Positions 9,271 to 20,363 are shown, counted from the first letter of the stretch. The stretch: DNA of 64,000 nt from an uncultured delta proteobacterium (GCA_963733195.1 CAVTCR010000059.1:128001-192000); one strand, 5' to 3'. Made by a program: numbers and translations. Notes: generated by a model not told the origin, from the sequence alone.

Positions 9271-10520
9271 ATGTCAAACATTGGGGCTTCTGTATCGCAC
9301 TCAAGGATAGATGAAAATACCGTCTCTCCTCCAGTGGAATTCAATCCCCTGCTGCCAGAGTTCATTGCCAATCCATATCCTTTTTATCATCGCCTGCGGT
9401 CAGAAGACCCAGTTCATCGGAGCACCCTCCTTCCCGACACGTGGATTGTAACTCGCTATACTGACGTTGCTATGATCTTGCGTGATGCCCGCTTTGGACG
9501 GCACGACGCTGAGGAGTTCTTTCGTGAACGTTTCGGCGAAGGGCCGCTGATCAATGTCTTTACCAAGTGGATGCTTTTCCGTGACCCACCGGATCACACA
9601 CGGTTACGTAATTTGGTGAATAAAGCCTTTACCCCTCGAGCCATCGAGGGGCTACGTCCACGTATTCACGACCTGGTGAATTATCTCCTTGATGCGGTGC
9701 AGCCACGTGGCAGCATGGACATTATGGCCGACCTGGCTTACCCACTGCCTGTGCTGGTCATTTGTGAGCTGCTTGGGGTTCCAGCCAAAGATCGTGACCT
9801 CTTTAAAGAATGGTCCGGCGATGTTGCGCGGACCTTAGACCCCATTCAGACACCGGAAATGGTCGCCAAAGGGCATGCGGTGGTTGAATCGATGGTGACC
9901 TACTTCCGTGGCCTCATTGCCACCTTACGGAAAAATCCGCAAGGCGATATTCTGAGCGCGATGATTGCGGCAGAAGAGCAAGGGTGATCGGCTCAGCGAA
10001 GACGAACTGCTCGCCAACTGTATTTTGCTTTTCTCTGCTGGTCATGAGACGACGGTCAATCTGATTGGTAACGGCCTTCTTGCTCTGATGAGTCACCCAG
10101 AACAAAAGCAACTTCTACAAGAGAACCCCGCCCTCATGCAAAGTGCCGTCGAGGAATTCTTGCGTTACGACGGTTCCGTGCAACTGACAGGTCGTAGCGT
10201 GAAAGAAGATCTCGAAATTGGTGGGAAAGCTCATTCGCCAAGGGGAACGAGTGATGACGGTTCTTGCCGCAGCGAATCGTGATCCTGCGCAGTTCCCGGA
10301 CCCAGATCGACTCAACATTAAGCGTACCGATAATTATCACGTTGCTCTCGGGCAGGGTATCCACTTTTGCCTCGGTGCATCATTAGCCCGAGCCGAGGGG
10401 CAAATCGCGATTGGAACTTTACTGCAACGGATGCCACGTATGACGCTTCTTGACGAAACTCCACAATGGCGTCCGGCATTTACGTTGCGCGGGTTGCAAA
10501 CATTGTCGGTGAGCTTCTAA
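9271..10520 (+). CDS. Cytochrome P450 (split by two frameshifts)
   Basis: DPPDHTRLR, AGHETT, EEFLRYD, AANRDP, GIHFCLGA spread over three ORFs; extra bases near 9983 and 10225. Confidence 0.88.
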
Positions 10521-10619
10521 ATACGCAATACGCAGCACGCTCCACGAGGAACCTACTGCTGCATAACGTGTGACGTGTTACGTGATACATGATCCAAGAT
10601 GACAGAGAGGAGGTTCGCA

Positions 10620-11405
10620 ATGGCAACCACCGCGCTCATCACCGGTGCATCCACTGGGATTGGTTACGAACTGAGTAAATGCTTTGCTGCTGACCGTCAT
10701 AATTTGATTATCGTAGCCCGACAGGAGCAGCGGCTACGACAGATTGCCGAAGACCTCGCCAAACAGTTTGGTATTACCGTGAAGGTCATTGCTGCTGATC
10801 TCACCCAACCAGACGCACCGCAGAAAATCATAGATGCCGTACGCAAAGACTCCCTACAAGTCGATTACCTGGTGAACAACGCTGGCTATGGATTAGGCGG
10901 GAAATTCACCGAGACCGATCTCGCAGTTGAACTTGGCATGATGCAAGTGAACATGATGGCTCTGGTCTCCCTGACCAAACTCTTTCTACCCGATATGGTG
11001 GCAAGGAAATCCGGCAAGATCATGAACGTTGCTTCCACTGCTGCCTTCCAGCCTGGGCCGTTGATGGCTGTGTACTACGCAACCAAATCATTTGTGCTCT
11101 CTTTCTCCGAAGCAATCGCCAACGAACTCAAAGGGACTGGCGTGACGGTGACTGCACTCTGCCCAGGGCCAACCGAGTCCGAATTTCAAAAACGCGCTCA
11201 TATCGAGAATACACGGCTGGTCAAAAGTAAATTGATGGGTATGATGACCTCTGAGCAAGTTGCCAAAATTGGCTATCAAGGACTCATGCAAGGGAAGCGA
11301 ATTATTATCCCTGGCCTCTTGAACAAGATCGGAGTGCAGTCGACGCGATTTTCTCCACGCGCTGTTACCACGCAAATCGCGCGAATGGTACAAGAGAATC
11401 AGTAA
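10620..11405 (+). CDS. Short-chain dehydrogenase/reductase
   Basis: TGASTGIG, NNAG, YYATK motifs; GGAGG RBS. Confidence 0.93.
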   Translation: MATTALITGASTGIGYELSKCFAADRHNLIIVARQEQRLRQIAEDLAKQFGITVKVIAADLTQPDAPQKIIDAVRKDSLQVDYLVNNAGYGLGGKFTETDLAVELGMMQVNMMALVSLTKLFLPDMVARKSGKIMNVASTAAFQPGPLMAVYYATKSFVLSFSEAIANELKGTGVTVTALCPGPTESEFQKRAHIENTRLVKSKLMGMMTSEQVAKIGYQGLMQGKRIIIPGLLNKIGVQSTRFSPRAVTTQIARMVQENQ

Positions 11406-11421
11406 TCTCTTTACTCTAGAC

Positions 11422-12579
11422 CTACGGCTTGAGCGCTCGATCAAAATCTTCGATCAAGTCTTCCGTAGCTTCGATCCCAACCGAGAGACGAATCAAACCA
11501 TCAGAAATACCGAGACGCCGACGGTCCTCCACAGACATACCTGCATGTGATGTCGTTGCGGGCCGTGTCATCAGCGTCTCAATCCCGCCAAGGCTCGGCG
11601 CGATAATCGGCAGCGTTACTCTGTGCATGAAACGTTCCGCAGCATCGACTCCACCACGTAATTCAAAACTCAACATGCCACTGAAACCGTCGAATAATTC
11701 ACTCGCACGCTCATGGCGTGGGTGGCTTACCAGCCCTGGGTAGTTCACTTTGATCACTGCGGGATGCTGTTCAAGAAACTGGGCGATCTTTAGTGCGCTC
11801 TCGTTTTGATAACGAACCCGCACCACCAAGGTTTTCAAGCCGCGATGGAGCAGAAACGCTGCGTGCGGATCAAGCGACCCGCCGAGATGATTCAGTTTGT
11901 GTGTAATCTTGGTCACGAGATCAGTGGCACCTATGACCACTCCCGCGACAATATCGGAATGGCCGTTGAGATATTTCGTTGCGCTGTGCAGTGACAAATC
12001 AAAGCCCCAATCAAGCGGGCGGAAGTTGACCGGGCTAGCAAAGGTATTGTCGATAATCGAGATGAGATCATGCTCTTTGGCAAACCAGGTGATCGCTTTG
12101 AGATCACCAACTTGGAGCAGCGGGTTAGACATCGATTCCACGTAGATCGCTTTGGTATTGGGTCGTAGCTTCTGTTTCCAGGAGGTCGGATTGTCACCAT
12201 CGATGAAATCATATGACAGGCCAAACGCTGCAAAATCCTTGGTCAGCAGATCGTGCGTGCCACCATACAAACAATCTTGCGTGAGAAGATGATCACCAGC
12301 AGAAAGAACAGAGAATAGCGTTGTTGAGATCGCTGCCATTCCACTGCTGGTGACAAGCGCTGCCTCGGCATTCTCTAAAGCCGCAAGCTTCTCGTGCAGC
12401 GCAAGATGATTCGGGGTGTTGTTCAGGCGAATATAGCGGACATCGTGATAATTGGCCTCACCCGTAGTCTCGAACATTGCTGACTGAAAGATCGGCATGC
12501 TGACAGCCCCAGCGATCCGTGGCGTCGGTTCCCCAGCGTGAATGACTTTTGTATCCAGGTGTTTGTAGCTTGTAGACAT
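11422..12579 (-). CDS. Cys/Met metabolism PLP enzyme (cystathionine gamma-synthase/lyase family)
   Basis: SSGMAA, YGGT, DNTFASP, SATKYLNGHSD, SLGGIETL, RLSVGIE. Confidence 0.92.
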   Translation of the reverse strand: MSTSYKHLDTKVIHAGEPTPRIAGAVSMPIFQSAMFETTGEANYHDVRYIRLNNTPNHLALHEKLAALENAEAALVTSSGMAAISTTLFSVLSAGDHLLTQDCLYGGTHDLLTKDFAAFGLSYDFIDGDNPTSWKQKLRPNTKAIYVESMSNPLLQVGDLKAITWFAKEHDLISIIDNTFASPVNFRPLDWGFDLSLHSATKYLNGHSDIVAGVVIGATDLVTKITHKLNHLGGSLDPHAAFLLHRGLKTLVVRVRYQNESALKIAQFLEQHPAVIKVNYPGLVSHPRHERASELFDGFSGMLSFELRGGVDAAERFMHRVTLPIIAPSLGGIETLMTRPATTSHAGMSVEDRRRLGISDGLIRLSVGIEATEDLIEDFDRALKP

Positions 12580-12596
12580 AGATGATTTCTCCTCTA

Positions 12597-13202
12597 CTAC
12601 TCCTGCGTAATCGGAATATGCTGTGGCTGTGATCGCACGCATTCCAACCAGGCACGGATGTTTGCATAAGGCGCAAGGTCGAACCCACCTTCATCAGCAA
12701 CATGCGTATAAGCGTAGAGGGCGATGTCAGCAATCGAGTAGCGATTGCCGACAAAGAAAGAGCAGCTAGTCAAATGCTTTTCCATCACATCGAGTGCGGC
12801 GTAGCCGAGCGGACGTTTCTGTTCAAGTGCAGCCTTCCGCTCGGCGGTTAACTCGGAGTGTTGTAACCAGAACCGCGAGGTCGCAATGTTCGGCTCGTGA
12901 CTGTACTGTTCAAAAAACATCCATTGCAGCGCCTGTGCCCGTTCCCAGCGGTCAGATGATAGCAATGGTGTCCCTTCCGCAAAATAGAAAAGGATAGCAT
13001 TGGACTCTGCGAGAAACTTGCCATCTTCTAGCTCAATGACAGGAATGCGTCCGTTGAGGTTCTTCTGAAGAAACTCAGGAGTACGTGTTGTTCCCTTGAG
13101 GATGTCGAGTTCGATCCGCTCGAAGGGGATACCCAGTTGGGTTAACAGCAAGCGGACTTTGTAACCATTCCCTGATGGCAGATAATCATAGAGCCGTATC
13201 AT
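12597..13202 (-). CDS. Glutathione S-transferase family protein
   Basis: SGNGYKVRL, NGRIPV, ESNAIL, YSIADIALYAY. Confidence 0.92.
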   Translation of the reverse strand: MIRLYDYLPSGNGYKVRLLLTQLGIPFERIELDILKGTTRTPEFLQKNLNGRIPVIELEDGKFLAESNAILFYFAEGTPLLSSDRWERAQALQWMFFEQYSHEPNIATSRFWLQHSELTAERKAALEQKRPLGYAALDVMEKHLTSCSFFVGNRYSIADIALYAYTHVADEGGFDLAPYANIRAWLECVRSQPQHIPITQE

Positions 13203-13246
13203 GGGCACTGTCCTCCAATTGCAGTCTCATGCCTCATCCCAAGAGA

Positions 13247-13969
13247 TTATGCAACAAACCTCATTGGAGGAATCACCTCCAATGGAAACTGCTGGAACCG
13301 GTCTGGACCGAGCTGTCGCAGGTCTCGTAGGCATGTCTCCAAACTGGCAACGAAGTTTGCGAGTTCAACATTCAGGAACGTTGGTTGGTGCGGGGTGATC
13401 TTGGCAAGCCCATCATGCAAGAGTGCGATTGCACCACGAAAGTTGCGATTGCCGAGGTGATGGAAGGCGACCGCGATCTGAATGAGCCCTTGTAAGAAGA
13501 GTCGAATGTCTCCACTTTCTTGCTTCCATTGGTCTTCCAAAATTTCGTGGACTTCAAAAAACAGGTGGTGATTAAAAAGCAGAGCACCTTTCTGCAACGC
13601 GATCGTGCGAGCCGAGACCGGACCTGGAGCCATATCTGGTACGTGCCAGGTATCGAGCACGGTCGCATACTGCGCAAGCTTTGTGGCAATTGCACGGTAT
13701 TCTGCTGTTACCGTCGCGTGAAGGGAGACGCTTTCCGACCCCTTGGCGCTTTCCCACGTCAAAAGCGCATGTTTTCGTAAGATACTCGCAACTTGCTCAC
13801 GTATGACCATTGGGGCTGGGGCAAGAAACCTCTCGATCGGCCATGTAGCAGGTAGGGTCTCGTTTGCTTTACAGTAATGAACAAGACAGCGAAGCGCTTC
13901 TGCCACAACATGATCGTCAAGCGCTTCTAAGAGGAACTCAGCAAGTAGATTTCGGCTCTCAATTCTCAC
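13247..13969 (-). CDS. DUF309 domain protein with N-terminal extension
   Basis: LFNHHLFFEVHEILEDQW..QGLIQIAVAFHH; overlaps mutS2 stop. Confidence 0.8.
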   Translation of the reverse strand: MRIESRNLLAEFLLEALDDHVVAEALRCLVHYCKANETLPATWPIERFLAPAPMVIREQVASILRKHALLTWESAKGSESVSLHATVTAEYRAIATKLAQYATVLDTWHVPDMAPGPVSARTIALQKGALLFNHHLFFEVHEILEDQWKQESGDIRLFLQGLIQIAVAFHHLGNRNFRGAIALLHDGLAKITPHQPTFLNVELANFVASLETCLRDLRQLGPDRFQQFPLEVIPPMRFVA

Positions 13970-16293
13970 GACGTCAACTCGACAATTGTTGCACCACCAC
14001 CACCTTCGGCCCGTGAGGCTTCGTTATACGAAGCGCAATAGGGAGAATTGGCAAGGAATTCACGCACGGCGCGGCGGAGTGCACCAGTGCCCATGCCATG
14101 GACAATACGGACGGAGCTTTGGTGATTCAGCACTGCCCGGTCGAGAAACTCTTCAAGCCGTGGAAGTGCCTCATGAACGCGTAACCCTAACAAGTTGAGG
14201 TCTGGCATGCCAGACGGCTGACTGTTTACAGAGACACGTACAGTCCGTTCCTGTTTCTCATGCGACTTGCGTAGTTGTTCGGCTGGAACTTCAAAAGTGA
14301 GCCCCCCTGAACGAATCCGCGCACGATTCCCTTGCAACGTGATCAATTCACCACGAATCTTGCTTTCCCGTAACTCGACGACATCGCCAATCTCTGGCGG
14401 TGTTTCAACGGGCGCAGGTGTAGATTGCACTGCCTGTTCCTTGGTTGCGACATCCTGCCCACGTTGATGAAGAAACTGTGCCAGTCGCTGTCGCGCATCT
14501 GGTCGTGCTGCGCGTAAACTCGCGACAATTTCTCGTCCTTCGTCTCGTACCTGGCGCAGCAGCAGTTTTGCTTCAGCAGTGGCTTCGTGCCACACACGTC
14601 GTCGTTTTTCTTCGACTTCGGTAAGCAAGGTTTGGTGTTGCGCGCGAAACGCTTCAGCTTCGGCTCGCTCTTTGGCCGCTTGAGCACGGTCACGCTCAAG
14701 GGTCGAGCGCACTTCTTCCAATTGTACGAGGGCTTGGGCAAACTGGCGCTCTTCTGCTGTTAAGGTTGCTTCGGCGGCGGCACAAACTTCTTCAGGAAGC
14801 CCGAGACGCTTTGCCATCGGCAGGCCCAAACTTTGCCCTATAGTGTTGTAGGATAACTGGTAGTGTGGTGTCAGCGTATCGAGATCGAAAGAGACCGCTG
14901 CTACTTGATAATCACCGTCAGCCAGCGCAAAGAGCTTTACCGGTGTGAGGTGAGTTGATGCTGCGATGTGCACCCCGCGCGCTTTGAGATGCTTCAGCAG
15001 TCCACATGCGAGAGCCCCACCCTCGATCGGATCAGTGCCACCCCCTGGTTCGTCAAAGAGAACGAGCGCCGGTGCAGTGACCTCGTTCAGGATCTCCGCG
15101 ACATTTCGTACATGGGCCGAAAAGGTCGATAAACTCTGTTCGAGCGATTGCGCATCGCCGATATCGGCAAAAATTCCACAGAACAATGGTAAGCGACTTT
15201 CTTCTTGGGCGGGAATCAGCATGCCACTCTGTGCCATCAGGCACAGTAGCCCCAAGGTTTTGAGGGCTGCGGTTTTCCCGCCAGTGTTCGGCCCAGTGAT
15301 CACTAACCCGCTCTTTCCTTCGGGGATAAGAATGTCGATCGGCGTGACCGGCTTCCCGGTAGCGAGCAGGAGCGGATGACGCGCTGTGCGTAAACGAACC
15401 TCAGCACTACCAAGGAGAGGTTTGCTACAGCGATACTTACGAGCGAACAGGGCATTGGCATACAGCACGTCAACTTCTATCAGCGCAATGAACACACTTT
15501 CTAGCTTCGGCGTTTCCTCTCGTACTAAATCCGTAAGCCACAAAAACAAACGGTGCTCTTCTGCTTCCATCTCCTTGCGCGCGAGTAGTAACCGATTGTT
15601 TAATTCTACCGCGAAGAGCGGTTCGATGAACAACGTCTCACCAGAGCCTGAGCGGTCTTGGACGATACCTGAAAGGCGCGATTGAAAATTGGGGCGCACA
15701 GGGATGACGAAACGATTATTTCGAATCGTGATGTAGGTATCAGCGACAACATCTTTCGCCTGTGAGGAACGCAGCACTTGTTGAAGGCGTTGTTCGATTT
15801 CTCCGCTCAGAGTTCGTAATCGACGGCGTAATGCGCGCAACTCCGGGCTTGCTTCATCCTTCAGCGTGCCACGTTCATCGAGACAGCGGCGTAAGGTGTC
15901 TTCGAGTTCGGCGAAGGTTAGTAACCGCTCAGGTAGGTCCTGGAGATGCGACCGTTCTTCGACATGGCGACGAAAGAACGTCGAGAGGGTACGCGAAAGA
16001 GTGATGATCTCCAGGACTTCTAAGAGCTTCACCCCCTCCAGGGCTGCACCGAGTTGTGCCGCCCACTGCAACGTCAGACGGATATCGGGGAATTCACGCA
16101 ACGGTACGGAGAGGTGTTCTTCGAGAAGACGAAAGAACTGCCACGTTCGTTCACTGGTCGTTTCCACTGTTGCCGCTGTTGTCTGCGGATGAAGCGCAAG
16201 GCAGGCTTCCTGACCGGCCGGAGAAAGCGCGCAGCCAGCGAGCAAGTGCAAGACCTTATCGAATTCGAGCGCGTGTAAATCGCGATTACGCAT
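13966..16293 (-). CDS. mutS2: Endonuclease MutS2
   Basis: LEFDKV N-terminus, GPNTGGKT, DIGDAQS, LSTFS, DEPGGGTDP, coiled coil, Smr domain (HGMGTGALR). Confidence 0.95.
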   Translation of the reverse strand: MRNRDLHALEFDKVLHLLAGCALSPAGQEACLALHPQTTAATVETTSERTWQFFRLLEEHLSVPLREFPDIRLTLQWAAQLGAALEGVKLLEVLEIITLSRTLSTFFRRHVEERSHLQDLPERLLTFAELEDTLRRCLDERGTLKDEASPELRALRRRLRTLSGEIEQRLQQVLRSSQAKDVVADTYITIRNNRFVIPVRPNFQSRLSGIVQDRSGSGETLFIEPLFAVELNNRLLLARKEMEAEEHRLFLWLTDLVREETPKLESVFIALIEVDVLYANALFARKYRCSKPLLGSAEVRLRTARHPLLLATGKPVTPIDILIPEGKSGLVITGPNTGGKTAALKTLGLLCLMAQSGMLIPAQEESRLPLFCGIFADIGDAQSLEQSLSTFSAHVRNVAEILNEVTAPALVLFDEPGGGTDPIEGGALACGLLKHLKARGVHIAASTHLTPVKLFALADGDYQVAAVSFDLDTLTPHYQLSYNTIGQSLGLPMAKRLGLPEEVCAAAEATLTAEERQFAQALVQLEEVRSTLERDRAQAAKERAEAEAFRAQHQTLLTEVEEKRRRVWHEATAEAKLLLRQVRDEGREIVASLRAARPDARQRLAQFLHQRGQDVATKEQAVQSTPAPVETPPEIGDVVELRESKIRGELITLQGNRARIRSGGLTFEVPAEQLRKSHEKQERTVRVSVNSQPSGMPDLNLLGLRVHEALPRLEEFLDRAVLNHQSSVRIVHGMGTGALRRAVREFLANSPYCASYNEASRAEGGGGATIVELTS

Positions 16294-16303
16294 AGTGAAA
16301 TGA

Positions 16304-16330
16304 AGGTCAGGCACAGCCCCTGCCCTTACA
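16304..16330 (-). repeat. Degenerate GTAG-type REP
   Basis: Reverse strand TGTAAGGGCAGGGGCTGTGCCTGACCT. Confidence 0.45.
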
Positions 16331-16374
16331 TACAGTGAACCTAAGGGAGACGATGCCGTACATGGCTCTATCCG

Positions 16375-16408
16375 CCCTTCGATTTCGCTGCGCTACGCTC
16401 AGGATGAC
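16375..16408. repeat. Palindromic repeat remnant (CCTTCG..CTCAGGATGAC type)
   Basis: cccttcgatttcgctgcgctacgctcaggatgac; resembles the ends of the 28818-28924 element. Confidence 0.5.
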
Positions 16409-16602
16409 GGTGTAGTGCCCGCCTCGTGCGACTAACCCATAAGTCGAATATGAATGTGTTTTCCCTATAATTGCTCTTAGCATATAGCATAGAGATTCCA
16501 CTCTGTGGTTACTCTCTGACGTATGGTAAAGAAGACAAATCTTACCCTGCTGAAGAGCAGACGGACAGCACCGTTTTACCGCCACAGGAGGGGAGGGCAA
16601 GG

Positions 16603-19600
16603 ATGACGGTCGAAGAACTCATCTCTGAAGTCATGGCAGTATTGCAGCGTGAAGGCCGTATTTCTTACCGGATCTTGAAGCGACGGTTCAATCTTGACGA
16701 CGAGTATCTGGAAGACCTCAAAGCCGAGCTGATCGACGCCAAACGGGTGGCTGCAGATGAAGACGGCAAGGTGTTGGTGTGGATAGGCAGTCTAGCGTCT
16801 AGTGTCCAGAGTCCAGAGTCAGAGCAAGTCCAAAGTTCAAAGTCTAAGGTCCAAGGTCAAAAAGACCAACCCCTAGCCCCTAACACCCAGCCCCCAATTT
16901 CTTACACACCGCCCCACCTTGCCGAGCGCATCCGTGCGGCCTCTCTAGTGGACGGCGAGCGCAAGACCATTACGGCGCTGTTTGCCGATCTCAAAGGATC
17001 TACGGCGCTGATTGAAGGGCTCGACCCAGAAGAAGCGCGAGCGATCATTGATCCTGCGCTCCAGCTCATGATGGATGCCGTGCATCGCTATGAAGGCTAC
17101 GTGGCGCAGGCGTTAGGCGATGGCATCTTTGCCTTGTTTGGCGCGCCGATTGCCCATGAAGATCACCCGCAACGTGCGCTCTATGCGGCCTTACGGATGC
17201 AAGAGGCCATGCGGCACTACAGTGATGAGGTCCGCCTCAAGCACGGTGTCCCGCTGGCGCTGCGAGTAGGCATCAATACCGGAGAAGTCATTGTCCGCTC
17301 GATTCATAAAGAGGATCTGCATACGGACTATGTCCCGATCGGGCATTCCACCAACCTGGCCGCCCGTATGGAGCAGATGGCCACGCCGGGTTCGATTCTG
17401 ATTACGGAGTACACCAAGAGGCTGACGGACGGGTACTTTGAGGTGAAAGCCCTCGGAGCAGCGGAGATCAAAGGCGTAGAAGCCCCATTGCCGATCTACG
17501 AAGTCCTTGGCGCGGGACCACTGCGTACCCGATTACAAGTCTCAGCCCGACGCGGCCTCACCCGCTTCGTGGGACGGCAGAGCGAGATGGAGCAAATGCA
17601 GCAGGCACTCGCGCAAGCTAAAGCCGGACACGGCCAGATCGTTGGCGTGATGGGCGAGCCGGGCTTAGGGAAGTCACGACTGTTTCACGAATTTGTAGGG
17701 GCGTATTGCAATACGCCCCTACTCTTACGATTAGAAGCCTACTCCGTCTCGCACGGCAAAGCCTCGCCTTATCTGCCAGTGATTGAGCTGCTCAAGGGGT
17801 ACTTTGACATCCAGGTGGGGGACGATGAACGCAAGCGGCGAGAGAAGATCATCGGCAAGGTCCTTACGCTCGACCGCAGTCTGGAAGATACCTTGCCCTA
17901 CCTCTTCGCCCTTCTGGGAATTGAAGAACAGCCCTCGCCGTTACAACAGATGGACCCACAGATTCGGCGCAAACGCACGTTCGAGATGCTCAAGAAGCTC
18001 TTGCTGCGCGAGAGTCTCAATCAACCATTGATCCTGATCTTTGAAGACTTGCACTGGATTGACAGCGAGACGCAGGGATTTCTCGACGTGCTGAGTGAGA
18101 GTGTAGCATCGGCCAAGGTCCTGCTGCTCGTGAACTATCGTCCCGAGTATCGGTCCGAGTGGGGGCAGAAGACGTATTACACGCAGCTACGGCTGGCGCC
18201 GTTCGGCAAAGCCGAGGCCGAAGAATTTCTTGATGCGCTGTTGGGCGTTTCTGTAGGGGCCGACCGGCGTGTCGGCCCACAGGGACCGGGCGCACACACA
18301 GGTGCGCCCCTACAAAACCTCAAACGACTCATTCTAGAGAAGACCGAAGGCACGCCCTTCTTTATGGAAGAGATCGTGCAGGAGTTGCGCGAGCAAGGAA
18401 TATTGAGCCGCGACGGCGTAGAGACACGACATGTCGCGTCTCTACCAGCAGCGTTACATCTGCCTCCAACCGTCCAAGGCGTATTAGCGGCGCGCATCGA
18501 CCGTCTTGCCAGCGACGAGAAAGCCCTGCTCCAACAGTTGGCTGTCATCGGTCGGGAGTTCCCTTTGAGCCTGCTCCGCCAAGTGATCACCCAACCCGAA
18601 GACGAACTGTATCGCCTGCTTTCTTCCCTCCAGCGCAAAGAATTTCTCTACGAACAGCCCGCGTTTCCGGAAGTGGAGTACCTCTTTAAGCATGCACTGA
18701 CGCAGGAAGTGGCCTATGGCACGGTGCTGCAGGAGCGGCGCAAAGCCCTGCACGAACAGACGGCGCAAGCCATTGAAAACCTCTACGGTGCCAACCTCGA
18801 TGAGCACTACAGCGCCCTGGCGCATCATTACAGTCGCAGTGGCAACGCCGCAAAGGCCGTGGAGTATCTCAGCCTGGCGGGACAGCAAGCGGCACGGCAG
18901 TCAGCAAACGCGGAAGCCATCACCCACCTCACCACAGCTCTTGAACTGCTCAAAATCCTGCCTGACACCACCGCCCGAGCCCGTCAAGAACTCACCCTCC
19001 AACTGAGTCTCGGCGCTTCGTTGATGGCCACGAAAGGGTATAGTGCCGCCGAACTGGAACTGACCTACACCCGAGCGCAGGAGTTGTGTCTACAGGTAGG
19101 AGAGCCGCTCCAGGTCGCGCAAGTCCTGTATGGGCGGTGTGCATTTAACGCAGTGCGAGGGAATCACACCGCGGCGCTCGCCTTGGGGGAACAGTTCCTC
19201 ACCGTTGCCCAACGACAGCAGGATTCCACTCTGTCCCTCGTGGCCCATGCAACGGTGGGGGCAACCTTGCTCTGGCGCGGAGAGTTCACTCCCGCGCAAG
19301 CGCATCTTGAGCAAGCCTTTGCTTTCTACGACCCCGAGCATCACCGCGACTTGGCCTACCAGACGGGACAGGACCCGGGGTTAACGGCTCTGGTCCGTGC
19401 AGCGGAGACCCTCTGGTATCGTGGCTACCCAGACCAGGCCCTAGAGCGCGTCCGTCACGGGCTCTCCTTAGCCCAAGCCCTGGCGCATCCCTTGAGCTTG
19501 GCGGACCACGCTGGGTGCATGTCGCCCGCGTGCATCTGTTCCGCCGCGAGGGCCAGGAGGCCCACGCCCAGGCGGAGGCGATACTGACCCTCGCTCACGA

Positions 19601-20278
19601 GCACGGGTTTGCACAGTGGTTGGGCTGGGGGACGAGCCTGCAGGGCTGGGCACTCGTCGAGCGTGCCGCGCGGTCCGGTGCACGGGAGCAAAGAGAAGCA
19701 GGACTCGGGCAGCTCCGGGAGGGACTGGCTGCTATGCGGGCCACGGAGGCAGAGGTATATGCTCCACTATTTCTGGGCGCGCTGGCCCAGGGCTATGGGC
19801 AAGGCGGCCAGGCGCAAGAAGGACTGAGGGTGATCGCCGAGGCGCTGGCTATGGTGGAGAAGAATGAGGAACGCTGGAACGAAGCCGAACTCTACCGCCT
19901 CAAAGGGGAACTCACACTCAACAACAGTCAAAGTCCAAGGTCCAAAGTCTCAGTTACCAGCCCCCAGCCCGTGACCCCCGATCCCCAAGGGGAAGCCGAA
20001 GCGTGCTTCCTCAAAGCCATCGAGATTGCGCAAAAGCAGCAAGCCAAATCGCTCGAACTGCGCGCGACGATGAGCCTGGTCCGGCTGCGCCAACAGCAAA
20101 CGGCGCAAAAAGAATCACGTAACACGCAACACGAAACACGCACTAGGCTCGACGAAGCACACAGGAGTTATCCGAGATCTACCACTGGTTCACTGAAGGG
20201 TTTGATACGAAAGATTTGCAAGAGGCGAAAGCGCTGATTGCAGAATTGAGCGATTCTAAGGATAGGAGCATTGAGTGA
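16603..20278 (+). CDS. Class III adenylate/guanylate cyclase-STAND NTPase-TPR protein (frameshifted near 19505 and 20165)
   Basis: LFADLKGST, LGDGIFALFGAP, NLAARMEQ; P-loop GEPGLGKS; EDLHWID; FKHALTQEVAY; the conserved end YHWFTEGFDTKDLQEAKAL is in a shifted frame. Confidence 0.9.
17695..17722. repeat. Perfect 28-bp GTAG REP palindrome inside the cyclase CDS
   Basis: GTAGGGGCGTATTG|CAATACGCCCCTAC. Confidence 0.9.
18252..18314. repeat. Inverted REP doublet (REPIN-like) inside the cyclase CDS
   Basis: TGTAGGGGCCGACcggcgtGTCGGCCC, spacer, GGGCGCACacacagGTGCGCCCCTACA. Confidence 0.88.
18418..18445. repeat. GTAGAGAC-type REP palindrome inside the cyclase CDS
   Basis: GTAGAGACACGACA|TGTCGCGTCTCTAC, one mismatch; same family as 40651-40680. 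Confidence 0.88.
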
Positions 20279-20363
20279 TTGATTCATTGCATCATTGAAA
20301 AAGGGTATTGTCAGTGAGACTACGACACAGATACATCAATGAGGGAGAGAAAAGGAGCACGGT

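Noticed and set aside
9271-10520. Programmed frameshifting in the P450
   Set aside because: No convincing slippery site with a stimulatory structure; similar indels recur in unrelated genes, which favours sequencing error.
16790-20296. Repeat tracts as a CRISPR array or DGR template/variable repeats
   Set aside because: Units are about 7 bp with no spacers; there are no cas or reverse transcriptase genes and no long near-duplicate pair.
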